DNA of 63,108 nucleotides, filler included, from Pelomyxa schiedti (GCA_020536535.1; 7 parts of 7 records of this genome joined end to end with filler, not necessarily neighbours in it); one strand, 5' to 3'; positions 1 to 13,039 are shown, numbered from the whole stretch's first letter. Notes: a model not told the origin generated them from the letters alone. Numbers and translations: made by a program.

Positions 1-2276
1 AGGCTATTGAACGCGCTGTGAGGGCTTGCATGGCAAAGGATGAGCCGACTATGGTGAAGGGAGTGGAGATTCTCAAGGGCATCTTGTCTGTAGGTAGTGC
101 TTGTGTTGGCTGCCAGCCGCGAGTGTTTTTCTTGTTGCCCATCTATTATTTTTACTGGTCGACCGCATTATTGTAGCTGTGGAGCCCCCAATTGCCGCTG
201 TTATCAGAACTGGAATTGTTATGCGTTTGATACAATTTCTCTATATGGTTCACCTGTAATCCGCTGGATTCCCCAATCTTTATTATATCCAGAAACACAA
301 TCAGGAGCTGCAAATGGGGTCTGCATGGGTTATAACGAACTGTACGTGCACCATCTTTCAGATAAACACTTACAAAACTGTTCAGTATGCAGCGGCACAG
401 ATCCCCGAGAAACCGAGGAAGTTGCTGAGACAGGTGCGGTGACTGCTCTTATTGAGAGGTTGGGAGGATCAGATTACCTACCCTTGTGTAAACAGGTACG
501 ATTCATGCCCTCAACCCTCAAAAGTAATTATTCAGTAGTGTGTTTGGGCACTCGGAAATATAGCTTCTTGCAATGCGGAAATGGCTCAATGGATTTTAGA
601 TGAGGGAGGCGTTGGAGCTATTGTCACGGGCCTCGGAAAATTTGGGGGGCATCCCCCTTTTTTGAAGTTTTCTGTATGTTCACTTGAAGATTTCTGTTAG
701 AAGGATACATTCTCAAAGGCGTGGACCCTTCGGTGCTGCACCCAGACTCAAGATATTCAGAAATATTTTGCACCTCGTATCCATATCCCTCACTCTTGCA
801 CTATTAACTCGAATTTTCAAGGTGCAAAGTCAAATATTTTTCGCTATCTGCCCGATTTTCTCCAGTGCTCTGACCTAGAAACAGTCACAAACACCCTACA
901 GTAATCACTGTATTCCCATAGCTCTTGTAAAACAGCATCTTAGGCTGATTTCTGCTTTGGGAGAATATGAAAACCTGCGAGCCCATATTCCCTCTTCCCT
1001 TATCCCCAGGTTGACAGACTTACTACGGGTAAGAACACGTTTTTATTTTTACAATGGTAATTTCACACAGGAAAAGAATATTGAGGTTCTAGCTTCAGTC
1101 CTGAGCGTCCTAACACTGTCAATTAGAAGGTATTCAGTATCCTTGATTTTCCTTCTCATCTTCAGTAGAGTCACCGAGCTAGATGTACACAACTCAATTT
1201 CTTCCCCCCCTAAAAAAATCTCAAAAAAAGATTGCTGTTCATTCAGGGTTATATTCAGCGTTAGCTTGTTGGTGAGTAACCAATGATCCTCCTTCTTTCT
1301 GATCTGAAAAAAAGTGTTGCCAGTTGGCATCCACAACTGGAGATACCGTTCTGTATCCTTGTATCGGAACTTACCACAGATGCAAGAATTAACAATGATA
1401 GCTGTTTTCTATTTCTCAGGGATTGTCCACTCCAGAGATGCAGAGGACTGGCTTACTTCATAAGTGTATCGACCTGTTCCAAAGCCAGCATGTCGGATTG
1501 TTGGCCATGAAAGTAGTTAATAACCTAACGACAAGTCCCACTGATTGGTACTAATCCTTCAGTTTAACCTTCGGTCACCTTATGGAAAAGGCCCACCCTG
1601 AAGCGTTTATTTGACTGTAACATAGCTGTACTGCACTCTGGGACTAAAGATATGAACCTGATGCGAGAAGCAGTGAAAGTTGCACAGTTTCTTAGACTTT
1701 TCCTTCAAGTCACTTCCTTCCTAGGGGCTGCACCGCACTTCCAGGCACTTGGGGGAATACGGTGCCCCTGTGGACATTAATGCCGCCACTCTTGGGGTAC
1801 TGGCGGTATTCACCAGAGACAAACAGGTAGGCCCTTCTGCACAGTGGATCATTCAGCATGCACGGGACAATTCATCAACCCCAGAGAATAAAGAGCCCAC
1901 GCCGAGAGAAACTGCAAGAGCAGTTTACCCAACATCAACTCGCACAGCCGAAGAAACACCGAAAACAACAGTACCACAAATAGTGAAGGCAGCAGCATCA
2001 ACCCAACCAACACACTCAACAGCAGAACAAACAGCCCCGTCGTTGACTACAGCCACAGCTGCAGCACAACCAGTGGCACCCGGCACCACAACAACAACAA
2101 CAACAACCACAACCACCACCACCAATGTGAGTGGCTCTGCAATGAGTGAACAGCGCGAGATAGCGGAAGATGAAGGAGAAGAGTCAGAGGAAATGGAAGA
2201 GGGGGTGGAAGAGTTCATAGACTCAGATAGTACCAACGATGCAGAGGCTGATGAGGAGACCACACAGAGCGAGTAA
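1..2276 (+). CDS. Armadillo-repeat protein, importin-alpha-like repeats, 5' truncated, with Thr-rich and acidic C-terminal tail (multi-exon)
   Basis: Spliced reading gives PPIAAVIRTGIVMRLIQFL and VWALGNIASCNAEMAQWILDEGGVGAIV, which match importin-alpha ARM consensus (PPIxxVIxxGxVxxLxxFL, AVWALGNIA). The last exon (ORF 1749-2276) ends in poly-Thr and an E/D-rich tail. Confidence 0.6.
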
Positions 2277-2590
2277 CCCACCCACCCATCCTCCCACAAT
2301 CACAAAACACCAACTCCCACGTGGTCCCGCACAGGGCATAGCCCGCCTTGTGTGGGTGTAATTAAAATGCAGTTGCATGAAAGATTGGAATCGCTTCCCC
2401 TAATCTAATCAAATTTGTTATTTTTCCTTGTTCTTGTTCTCTGTAGCACCGGTACGTCGCACCCACAACCGCAAAGCTCCTAGGAAAAACAAACAAAAAG
2501 AAACCCCAAGCGATGTTGCGTTGATTGAAATAAATCGTATTAAAAAAACGCCAGTAAAATTGGCCACATTGTACCCTTACGATAGCACAG

Positions 2591-4456
2591 ATGTCACTCA
2601 TTTCAGCAGTATCGGCGAGGTCCGGGGATGCCAAGTTGGACAAAAACGTGGAGCAGTTCATGATCAAAAAGCTCATCAGGAGCCTCGAAGCTGCAAAGGG
2701 GTGCGCCCCTTCCCTATTTATTTATTGATGGATGACATTCTCTGATAGGAATGGTACGAGTATGATTTCGCTGATACTGCCACCGAGGGATCAAATTTCA
2801 CGTGCCACCAAGATGCTTGCTGAAGAGTACGGCACTGCCTCTAACATCAAGTCCAGAGTCAATAGGCTATCTGTACTTGCCGCCATTACTTCTACGCAGC
2901 AGAGACTTAAGGTTTGTGACTCCTCAAATAGTACTTGGGCAAGAATTTACTGAAAGCAGTTGTACAACCGCGTTCCTACAAATGGATTGGTCATTTACTG
3001 TGGTACTGTTGTCACAGGTAATTTACTGCATTCTTTGTTTTGGTTTACAAACAATTGGCAGATGAAGGGAAAGAAAAGAAGGTTAACATTGACTTCGAGG
3101 TTGGCCCCAAATAATACTTTTACTATGCCAACACCTTTTTATCACAGCCTTTCAAGCCTATCAATACATCCTTGTACCTCTGTGACAACAAGTTCCATAC
3201 TGAGGCATTGAACGAGTTACTGGAGAGCGAGGATAAGTTTGGATTCATTATTGTAGATGGAAGTGGCACTCTTTATGGGTATTGATACTTTGAACTTTAC
3301 AACCTGGCTAACTACACACAGTACACTCAGTGGAAACACACGTGAAATTCTGCAAAAAATCTCTGTTGACTTGCCCAAGAAGCATGGTCGTGGTGGACAG
3401 TCAGCCCTACGTTTTGCCAGGCTCAGGTTGGAAAAGCGACACAATTACTTGAGGAGGGTGGCTGAACTTGCCACTCAATTCTTTATCACAAATGATCGGG
3501 TACCCACTCCTCATTTTCCACCGCCATTTACATTTGCCTAGCCCAATGTTTCAGGGTTGATTCTTGCTGGTCTCGCAGATTTCAAGAACGACCTTTCTGT
3601 ATGAAAGGACTTGCCACTTCCCGGTTTTAATCTTTGAATAGGCTTCTGATTTGTTCGACCCAAGGCTGAAAGAAGTCGTCCTCAAGATTGTTGATATCTC
3701 ATACGGAGGAGAAAATGGTTTCAACCAAGCCATTGAAATGGTTGCTGAAGATTTGCGAAATGTGAAGGTCTCTCATTTAGTTTTCTTCCGATTTCTATTG
3801 ATAGCTAGTAGTTTATTCAGGAGAAAAAACTCATCTCGCAGTTCTTTGATGAAATTTCTCAAGGTTACCAGACAAAACAACAAAGTGAAAAGTGAAACTC
3901 ACTCAATCTTCCAGACACAAACAAGTACGCTTTTGGTGTAGAAGACACTTTGAGGGCCTGCGAGATGGGAGCCGTTCAAAATCTACTGGTAGTTGTCCTT
4001 TTGCACCTTCCTGTTCTCAACAGCGTTCAGGTGTACGAAAACTTGGAGTACAACCGCTATACTCTTAAGAATGGGGCCACAGGAGAACAACGAGTTGTTG
4101 TGTACAACAAAGAGCAGGAAGCGAATCAATCTAACTTCAGGGATGCTGCCACCGGTGCCGACCTTGAAACTATAGAATGTGTTTCATTAGTTGAGTGGCT
4201 TGCTCAGAACTACAAAAGCTTTGGAGCCCACATAGAGTTCATTACCAACAGGGTTTGCCCGCACCCAAAATAACCAACATTTATACTCATTACTACTTAG
4301 TCCCAAGAAGGATCACAATTTGTAAGGGGATTTGGCGGCCTCGGCGCCATTTTGAGGTACCGCGTTGACTTCCTGGCGTTTGCAGACGAAAACGCGGCCC
4401 CGGATGCCGAAGATGAGGAGGAGTACGATCCCGACGATTTAGAGCACCCATATTGA
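2591..4456 (+). CDS. ETF1: Eukaryotic peptide chain release factor 1 (eRF1), multi-exon
   Basis: Spliced motifs include [72 protein letters not shown] and [19 protein letters not shown]. Stop TGA is at 4454-4456. Confidence 0.97.
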
Positions 4457-4894
4457 CAATTGCTACCTGTGTTACCCTCGGGGTGTGTGTCCCTTCATTC
4501 CCCATTTATCTCCGGCAACACAAACAAAACACGAACCACAAAGCAATCAAACGAACAAACACAAACCAACAAACAAACCAAACAGGCCACAGAGCACCGG
4601 CGCTCTTGTGTTGACTCCCACAATGACCGGCCCTGTGTCATTGTTGTTGGTCTGCACGCCGTGCCCTGTGTATGCTATGGCAATGTCCCCACCCCATCCT
4701 TCTACATCAACCCCGTAAATCAAAAAAAACCAAACTCTGCGTTTGAACTTTTGTTTTTTTCTCCTATCTCGGATCTTTCCGTGATATTCAAAAAGGAGCT
4801 GTTTTTCGGCCAAGCACTTTCTACTAACAACACACAATAGCTAAAACAAACTGGTGCATACAGCATAACTATAACGCGCGAATAGAAAAGTAGC

Positions 4895-6170
4895 ATGGGG
4901 AGTAGTCACGTGTCCATTATCAGTTCGGCCATTTCATTGTTCATCACATCGGTATTTTTGGTCATATACTACGGTGTGCTCATTGCCCAAGAAAAAGTGG
5001 TCTGTTTTCCTCTTGTTCCTACTCGTTTTACTTACGTTGGGTGTTTTCTTCACAGTGAGTAGACTTTATTTCGTAAATGACACCCTTTTGTCCTGTTATT
5101 AACTGACGCGATATTTAAACATTTCAGTGATACCTCGAGTATGTTGGAGGCCATGGCTACTGTGACCGACGTGGATTCCAAGCACTGGGGTTTGTCAAAA
5201 AAGTGTGAGGTTCATTTCGACTTCTGGACTTGGGGTATGTTCGGGCTATTTTCTTATTTCATGTTTATGGTTTGGATATAACCTAAAAACACGTTCAGAG
5301 GGGGAGGCATTGAGAGGAAAATGCTGCAACAACAAACCCTGTGGATATTCCATGTCCGATCACGCAGATGAATTCTGTGATCAATACCTCCCAACGCAGG
5401 TTATTACCGTTTGGTAAGCCCCTTGAGTTANNNNNNNNNNNNNNNNNNNNNNNNNNNNNNNNNNNNNNNNNNNNNNNNNNNNNNNNNNNNNNNNNNNNNN
5501 NNNNNNNNNNNNNNNNNNNNNNNNNNNNNNTTGAGAGGAAAATGCTGCAACAACAAACCCTGTGGATATTCCATGTCCGATCACGCAGATGAATTCTGTG
5601 ATCAATACCTCCCAACGCAGGTTATTACCGTTTGGTAAGCCCCTTGAGTTAATTTCCTCATCTCACTTGGCAAAGGTACTTCCCTGATGACACCGGCGAG
5701 GTTACAATTACTTATCGTCATTCCCGTCCTATTATCTCTCATTTCCTATATAGGTTTACTGTGCCCTTGAGGCCGATGTTCCTGGAGACTGGATAGCCGG
5801 ACTCGTTTTCGGCTGTGTCTTTTTTGTTATTTTCATAGGTACTCATTCATACAACCAATTCTTCCAGAAGTCTGTATTTATGGACTTCTCTAACAATATT
5901 TCAGTATTGTCTGTCATTGCATGTATTGTGGTTATAAACTCCTAAAAACAAATCAAAAAAAAAACCAAAAAAACTACAAAATCACAGCGGGGTCTTGTCT
6001 TGGTGTATGGAACAACATTTTTCCTTCGGAATCCGCCGGATTCGGCTTAGATCTCTGCAACGAGAAGGCCACACAGTTTCGGTAGAGCATTCTCAGAACA
6101 CCCCAAAAAACTGTGCACCTACCATTTACATTGGTCGAAAGGAGAAACAATCACAAAAAGAAAATTGAAA
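4895..6170 (+). CDS. Uncharacterised two/three-TM protein with Cys-rich loop, paralog A (3' end approximate, spans a gap)
   Basis: N-terminal TM (ISLFITSVFLVIYYGVLIAQEKV), then loop KCEVHFDF...GKCCNNKPCGYSMSDHADEFCDQYLPTQVITVW-YFPDD, then VYC and a second TM. Same exon layout as three neighbouring paralogs. Confidence 0.55.
5431..5530. other. Scaffold gap with overlapping (duplicated) flanks; also ~19722-19820, 27886-27984, 53069-53168, 56865-56963
   Basis: Sequence just before each ~100-N gap reappears just after it, for example 5309-5430 repeated from 5531. Confidence 0.85.
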
Positions 6171-6195
6171 AACTGAGTGACAACCACAAAAAAAA

Positions 6196-7165
6196 ATGCT
6201 GCTGCGAGAAGACGACGAAGCTCCACCCCCGTGGGGACGCCGTGACCGTGACCGCGATATAAGCGGAGACCTCGGGGAGGGTGTCGCAGGAACATGCGCT
6301 TGTTGTACGCTGTTCGTTCTGGCAATTGCTATGGCTTTGTTGATTGTGTTCTCCAGAAGAGTTGCCCAAGAACACGTGGTATGGTGGCGTGTTTGTTGTG
6401 TTTCCACATTTTAATGGGTTTCACAGTGAGTTGGACTTTCTTTCTCGAGGTCTGATTAGTTCTAGTTCCCACTAACAAAGTTCAAGTGACCCAACGGACT
6501 TGATACAGACTGTGGGGACCGTGGATAGTGCTGTTACCAGTTACAAGTTTTTAGAATCGAAGTGTGAAGTGAAATTTCACTTCCAACCTTTGGGTACTAA
6601 TTCAGCTTGTTTTTGCTGTTACCGAACTTGAAGATAGAAGGAGAAACAAGGCATGGGAAATGCTGTGGCACCAAATCCTGCCAGTACACAAGCGGGACCC
6701 AGGCACAATCCTACTGTGGCTGGTTCTACCGGGATCAGGAGATTCCTGTTTGGTGGGCCAGTCCCCCCCTATAACTCATTAGTCTCACTCGACCATAGGT
6801 ACACACCAAATGATCCTAACGAGGTCCCTCTCCCGCCAATCATCAATTCCCTCATATCTCACTCATGTTCAGGTTTACTGTGACCTTCAGGCGCATGTAC
6901 CAGGGTCCTGGATTTTCGCTCTTATTTGCGGCTCATTCTTTGGTGTTCTGCTTCTTGGTAACTATTTATTCCCATCATCTTGTTCTGATCAGAGGACTCT
7001 TTAGGGCTGATCCCGGCAACTGTTGTTATTATCGTCTACGAGGTGCCACAATGCTGGGGAAATCGACACCGCCATCCTGCACCAATTGGAGCCGTTCCAG
7101 CTCCAATTGAACTTGAACCTGTGGCGCCAATGGATGTGGAAGGATGTGAACCCATGGTCGTGTAA
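6196..7165 (+). CDS. Uncharacterised two-TM protein with Cys-rich loop, paralog B
   Basis: TM CTLFVLAIAMALLIVFSRRVAQEHV, loop KCEVKFHF...GKCCGTKSCQYTSGTQAQSYCGWFYRDQEIPVW-YTPNDPNE-VYC, second TM, and a Pro-rich tail ending at TAA 7163-7165. Confidence 0.6.
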
Positions 7166-7288
7166 AAAAAAAAACCAAGGAATTCCTGTTCTTTTGGGGT
7201 TTGTGTGTACAACAACTAGTAATTCTTTTTTTGGTTTCGTTTTGGTAACAATTTGTTAGGGGGTGTGGTGTTGGGCGTGATTGATCAC

Positions 7289-8682
7289 TTAGGCGTTCTT
7301 GATGATGTTGCGGAGGATAATATCAGTCACGGCATTGAATACAGTTGTGATATTGCCGGTATCAGTGGCACAGGTCACGTTGGGGTAGATAGTCTTGGCG
7401 GAGTTGCTGTTGAGGGACATAAACTTCTCTTGGATAAACTCGGACGCGGCGTCAAAGTTCGGTCCGCCTGGGCGCAGTTAGGTTTGGGGAAAAAAGAAGT
7501 ACGTGAAGTGCGGGTGCCCTCAAAGCCGGAGTATAGGGAAAGTACCTTTGTACTCAGGGAAGCAGACGCTGAGATCCACTTTAGTGATTTTCTGTCTGAA
7601 AATGTCCGATTTGTTGAAGAACAAGATAATTGGCACATTGCTGATGAAGGGATTGCTGCAAATTTCTTTAAATAGTTTCATTGACTGTGCGGTGTAAGAT
7701 TTTAATAAGTTCGAGGGGGAAGGGCGGTACCTCAAACATTCGGTTTGTTGTGTTATCTTCATACCTAGAAACAAATTAATCACATGAGGTAGAAATGTTT
7801 GGAAGACTACAATTTCAAGTCATATTCGCTGAGGGCGACTACGAAAATTATGGCTGTAACATCAGGGAAGCAGTTCATCCATTTCTTTCGCTCACTCCTT
7901 TGTCCTCCAACATCGACTATCCTAGAAGAAATTAGTTTGACTTCCCCAGATATTCACTTACCTGAAGTGGGACTTGGAGAGTGTGAACTCCATTTCCGAC
8001 ACACCCGTTGTCTTGATACGAGACATAAGTACGTCCTTTACTGTTGGTACATAATGTGGATCGGCTAATCTATCTATACTTTCGAGAAAACTGGATAGTG
8101 ATTAGATTTGGTCCGGACAAAGAGATAACATACTACTCCGCACTGTCAAGTAGCTGGAATTCATTTGATCTGGCAAAAGCTCCCTTTATGCCAGGGTCAG
8201 CCCATAGTTTTTTTATTGCACCAGAAAGTTCCGGTGTTATTGGATCATAAAGCATTTCAAATTCGGGGCGAGATACATAGGCTGCGGCTTCCTTATGGGT
8301 CATTGAGAATTGGTATTTTGCTGGAATTTGAGCATACAGAGGCAGCAACAACGAGCCCCATGGTGGTTGCCCCTTTCACGAGCGCCCTCATGGAAGACAC
8401 CAGGTTATTATATATGGCCACCTTAAACGAACACCGTTCTTCGTCTGTGTAGCCGTTGAGATGAATAATCTTCATCTGTTTTGCGAGGGTACTCTTGCCA
8501 GATTCACCGGACCCTAAATAAGACGTTTGGCTGAAGGTTTGCCAACCAGTGAAAGGTGTCTTTAAGGATGCCTTACCTAGCAACAGTAGTTTAATGTCGT
8601 GCTCATACTTAGTACCCTCGGCTGCAAGGAAAGTTGATATTTCTGCATCTCTCTTGGCTTCTGGGCTTTGAATGCACCCCAT
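7289..8682 (-). CDS. Heterotrimeric G-protein alpha subunit, multi-exon
   Basis: MGCIQS start (myristoylation/palmitoylation type), [44 protein letters not shown], and C-terminus [11 protein letters not shown]. Confidence 0.97.
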
Positions 8683-9228
8683 ATTCTTCGCAACAAACAA
8701 ACAACAACGATTTTTACCGGTACAAAAATCCTCCCTCTGCACCACGTATCAAAAAAATAACAGAAATTGACGTACAAGGTGTCGATCGGGAAAAAAAAAA
8801 AACGTTCAAACGAACAACGCGATCGCGGTAAAATCGGTTGTTCGTTGTGCGAGTAACAACAACATGTTTGTTTGTAGCGAACGAGATGGGGGATCTACCT
8901 CTACTTCCTACACAACGACGGCCACAGAGGTTTATTTTTTGTGTTTTTAACGCCGAAAACGGAAGGCACTAGATTTCATTGGCGTTTTCTTTTTTTCAAA
9001 AACATAAGTTCCCAGAAAGCCTTGTTGAATTAGACTTACTTGTTATGTAACTAATAACAAGATTTCCCATCCCTGGTGAATGTTACTTACACAACTTTCA
9101 TTTGGTATTTGTGGGGGGAATAGAGACCATTCCCCTGTGTGTTTGGTGTAGGGACAAAAGATATAGAGCGATGAATGAAAGTGAGAAAAGAATCCCTTTT
9201 TATTTGTTGTGGTTGTTTGGGATTACGT

Positions 9229-10483
9229 TTAGACGCGCTTGACGGGCTTCTTCTCAACAACGGTCTCCTTGTATGTGGCAAGGAAGTCGCTGTGCTCCTG
9301 GAATGGGGCCTTGAAGAACTTGGTGGGTGCCCAGAGGTCTGGGGACAGGAACCCATATGTCTTGGATACGGCAATGAAAGTGGCCTGCGGTTTTGGTTAG
9401 TGCGGTGGCGGGAAGGGTGCAATTGGGGAAGAACATTACCATCACGAAGTTGCCCAGGGTCTTGGTGTTACCGGTAGAGTTGGTGTAGCAGTCCTCAATA
9501 CCGGTCAAGTGCATGAACTTCTTGGGAACACGGGCAGCGACAATACCAGCACCTCGGGGAGCGGGGACGAGCCTTACAAGAACGCTACCGCACTTGCCTG
9601 ACAGCTTGCAAGGGACTGTGTGGGGTGTTCCGATCATGTTACCCCAATAACCACGCCTGAGATAGGTGAATAAAGTGGAAAGCGTTTTGGTTTTGTATGA
9701 GGTACCTGACTGGGATGACAGCAAGCTTGGCCATAATAATGGCGCCACGGATGGCGGTGGCAACCTCCTTAGCGACCTTAAGACCAAGTCCGCAGTGACC
9801 ATTGCTGTCACCAATAGCAATGATTGCCTTGAAGCGAGTGCGCTGTCCGGCAGCGGTCTGCTTCTGAACGGGCATAATCTTCATGACCTCATCCTTGAGG
9901 TTTGGAAGGAACTGCCAACAACGTTAGTAAAACGAACCAAAAAAACAAAAAAACAAAAAACAAAAAGAACAGAAAACGAAAACGAAAACTAGGGGATGAG
10001 GCCACATACAAAGTCGATGATCTGGTACTCCTTGATGGGAACGCTGAACAGGTAGAGCTCCTCGAGCTTCTTGATCTTCTTCTCCTTCACCAATCTTCCG
10101 ATTTTAGTGCAGGGGATCCAGGGCTCCTCGTCCTGCTTGCCCCTGTTTCCTCCCCTTCCGCCCCTTCCTCCACGGCCGCCTCTCCCGCGGTCGCCGCGCC
10201 CACGGTCTCCTCGTCCAAATCCACGCCCGCGATCGCCGCGTCCTCTGAAGAAAGAAGGAATGAAAAATGTGTGTTAGTTGTTGAAAGCGGGCGGAAAACG
10301 AGGCGAGCGAGGAGCGATTTGTTGGTTTTTTGCGGCGTTTGGAGATAAAGGTGTTGGTAGAGATCTGACGGGGAGAAAAAAAAAAAAGGCGAACCTGTCA
10401 CCGCGTTCGCCTCTCGCTCCGCGGCCAACACGACCGGCTGGTGCTGCTGTCTTGGAAGAAGCCGCTCCTTTTTTATCAGCCAT
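9229..10483 (-). CDS. RPS2: 40S ribosomal protein S2 (uS5), multi-exon
   Basis: RG-rich N-terminus, [67 protein letters not shown]. Confidence 0.97.
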
Positions 10484-10699
10484 ATGCTAAACACTCAAGG
10501 TCAGACGAAACGCGCGACAGGAAAAGTAAGCGAAGAAACGTACGTCTTTGTTTAAGAAAATGATCAGAGCCAAACGGAAGGAATTAAAAAAAAAGAGTTT
10601 TGATCTTTCGCAACTGTGCAGTTGCCAGCTTGGAAATCTGCAATCTCCTCGATGGTATCATTACAATTAGGCCCTTAAAAGAGAATTTCTACAACGGGG

Positions 10700-11627
10700 C
10701 TAAACAGATGATGGAGGTGGACCAACATCTGTTGGTGCAGGTGCAGGTACAGGTGGAGTGCCTGTGCTGGGGTGTGACTTCTTGTATTTCCACATTATCA
10801 CCCTCCCCAACGCACACAGTGCTATAACTGAAAGCAATGTGAGGAAACAGGTGTGCAAAAGGGATGCAGGTACTAAGGAACACGCAAACTAGGAAAGCCC
10901 CCATAAACATTAAAGTTCCATAATCACTCAGGTAGTTAAGCTTCTTGTAACAGTACACCTACCAGTGATGATTAGGAGGATGAAGTTTACTGGAAACAGA
11001 GAGCAAGAAACCTCATGAATGTCATCAGGGGAGTACCTATTTGTTGCAATAAGTGCGAGCACCAGTATTCTGTTTGGGGTGCACTTACCATACTGTGATT
11101 TCCTTTGTTGGGTAGTATTTGTCACAGAATTTTTGTGTGTTGTTTGACCTTGACCACGCACAAGATTTTGTGTTGCAGCATTTTCCAGCCTCTTCTTCTC
11201 CCTCTGGAATAACATGGAGCTCTAAGGAAAGGAAAGGAAAGCAGTGTATTACCCAGAGGCCAGTAGTTGAAGTAGACTTCGCACCTCGAGTAAATAGAGT
11301 GGGATTTAATCTCCACACTGGTCACAATAGCCATAGCCAGCACCATATCGGATGTATCACTACACAGTACACGGTCACATTCTTTGACTAAAAAGATTGA
11401 GTTTTATACTCACTGCAAAACACATTGGTTAGTTGGTGAACAAGAAAGCTAAAAGAAGGAGAAAGTGCGGGGCGAGTGCGACAAATACAAACCACATTCT
11501 CTTGGGCCATCCGCACTCCAAACGTAAGCAAACACGCGGCACCCGCGCCCAGAGTTATAACAAGCACCAATGTCCAAGACGTGATCCGAAGTGCGCACAC
11601 TGCGCGTTCATCCTGGTCCTCCGGCAT
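10700..11627 (-). CDS. Uncharacterised two-TM protein with Cys-rich loop, paralog C
   Basis: MPEDQDERAV...TM...MAQENV, then GEEEAGKCCNTKSCAWSRSNNTQKFCDKYYPTKEITVW, then VYCYKKLNYLSDYG with TM and a Pro-rich tail. Confidence 0.65.
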
Positions 11628-11713
11628 TTTCGTTGTGTGTTTGTTGTTTGTTTGTATGTATGTAACAGACACGCCAACCAACTTAAAAAAAAGCACGGGC
11701 GCCTAACTGCCGG

Positions 11714-12271
11714 TTAGACACTGAAGATCACAAGAAGTTTCGCAGCTGATGATGGGTCCAGATTCTCTTCTAGCGATTTCTGGGGCTCGTCGATGAGAGA
11801 GCCCCCAGAACCACCTCTCAAGACGAGAAAGTTGACGTTTGAGGAAACTCCATTTCCACCATATCACACATCCAATCACAACTGAAAGAAATGTGAGAAA
11901 CAGGTGTGCAAAAGGGAGGTGGTATAAGTACCAATGAAAAAGAAAATTAGCAAAACACCAGAAAACATGAGATCTAGCCAGTCACTCAGGTAATTAGTTC
12001 CCTGGTAACAGTACACCTACGGGTGATCAGGGAGAAGGACTGATATTGTAGAGAGGAGAAACCTCATGAATGTCATCAGGAGAGTACCTATTTGTTGCTT
12101 ACAGTAAGGACAAGCAGCAGAAAGAAGTTTGAGGGTGTTCTTACCATACTGTGGTTTCCTGTATTGGGTAGTATTTATCACAGAATGTTTTTGGGTTGCT
12201 TGACCTTGACCACGCACAAGATTTTGTGTTGCAGCATTGTCCCGCCTCTTCTTCTCCCTCTGGAATAACAT
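11714..12271 (-). CDS. Uncharacterised two-TM protein with Cys-rich loop, paralog D (5' truncated by repeat and contig end)
   Basis: GEEEAGQCCNTKSCAWSRSSNPKTFCDKYYPIQETTVW, then VYCYQGTNYLSDWLDLMFSGVLLIFFFI-VVIGCVIWW. Clear DNA similarity to paralog C, including the introns. Confidence 0.65.
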
Positions 12272-12280
12272 GGAGGTATA

Positions 12281-12400
12281 AGGAAAGGAAAGGAAAGGAA
12301 AGGAAAGGAAAGGAAAGGAAAGGAAAGGAAAGGAAAGGAAAGGAAAGGAAAGGAAAGGAAAGGAAAGGAAAGGAAAGGAAAGGAAAGGAAAGGAAAGGAA
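12281..12400. repeat. (GGAAA)n pentanucleotide microsatellite in an intron of paralog D
   Basis: About 24 perfect AGGAA/GGAAA units running into the N spacer. Confidence 0.95.
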
Positions 12401-12500
12401 NNNNNNNNNNNNNNNNNNNNNNNNNNNNNNNNNNNNNNNNNNNNTTAATTAATTAANNNNNNNNNNNNNNNNNNNNNNNNNNNNNNNNNNNNNNNNNNNN
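12401..12500. other. Artificial contig-joining spacer N44-TTAATTAATTAA-N44 (also 21866-21965, 34590-34689, 50266-50365, 54829-54928, 61290-61389)
   Basis: The identical 12-mer, with stops in all six frames, sits centred in 100-nt N blocks six times. Confidence 0.95.
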
Positions 12501-13039
12501 GGGGGATGTGTATTTTCAGAGTTATTTAAGCTCCAAGTGTGAACGAAAAAAAATTCGAAGCCACAAATTACTTAAAAAGGAAAAGTGTCAGGAAGCCGGC
12601 AACTGATTTGAGTTGCCTCTCTAGCTAATGCTTTGGTACCTCCGAAATAAAAACCGCGAAATTTATTTGGTACGTTTTTTTTGCCAAATACTGGCCAAGA
12701 GTTGTTGCTCTTTGTTTGATTGCCAAAGAAGTGGTCTTACATCTCACAATGGTAACATACATTGCAACCAGTTTTGGGCTTTGTTAGCAAGGTTGTGTCC
12801 CGATTGGTTTTTAGAAATGCTGCTGTTTTTTCTGCCACCCTGACTTATGGGAAACTTTCCCACGGACCCAACTTAGTAATTTCCACGGCCTAGCGCCTCC
12901 TGGAAGTCATCAGAAGAGCGAACTTATGTGGGTGTTCCCCCAGAACTTGTTTATGTAATCCTAGAGGAAAGGAGGTTCATTCACATGGAAAACGCTAAGG
13001 CACTTCTCCACTTTTGATGGTAACTCTCAGGATTGATTC

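Noticed and set aside
2591-4456. eRF1 variants (NVEQFMIKK instead of NVEIWKIKK, GLADFK instead of GSADFK) as a sign of stop-codon reassignment
   Set aside because: TASNIKS, YxCxxxF and GGQ are intact, and genes here end in TAA, TAG and TGA. The 2553-aa ORF is open under the standard code.
5309-5650. Apparent tandem duplications flanking the ~100-N gaps (also near 19820, 27985, 53169, 56964)
   Set aside because: They are exact copies on either side of a gap, which indicates unmerged contig overlaps.
12445-12456. TTAATTAATTAA as a biological motif or PacI site array
   Set aside because: It is always centred in N44 blocks, so it is an artificial linker.
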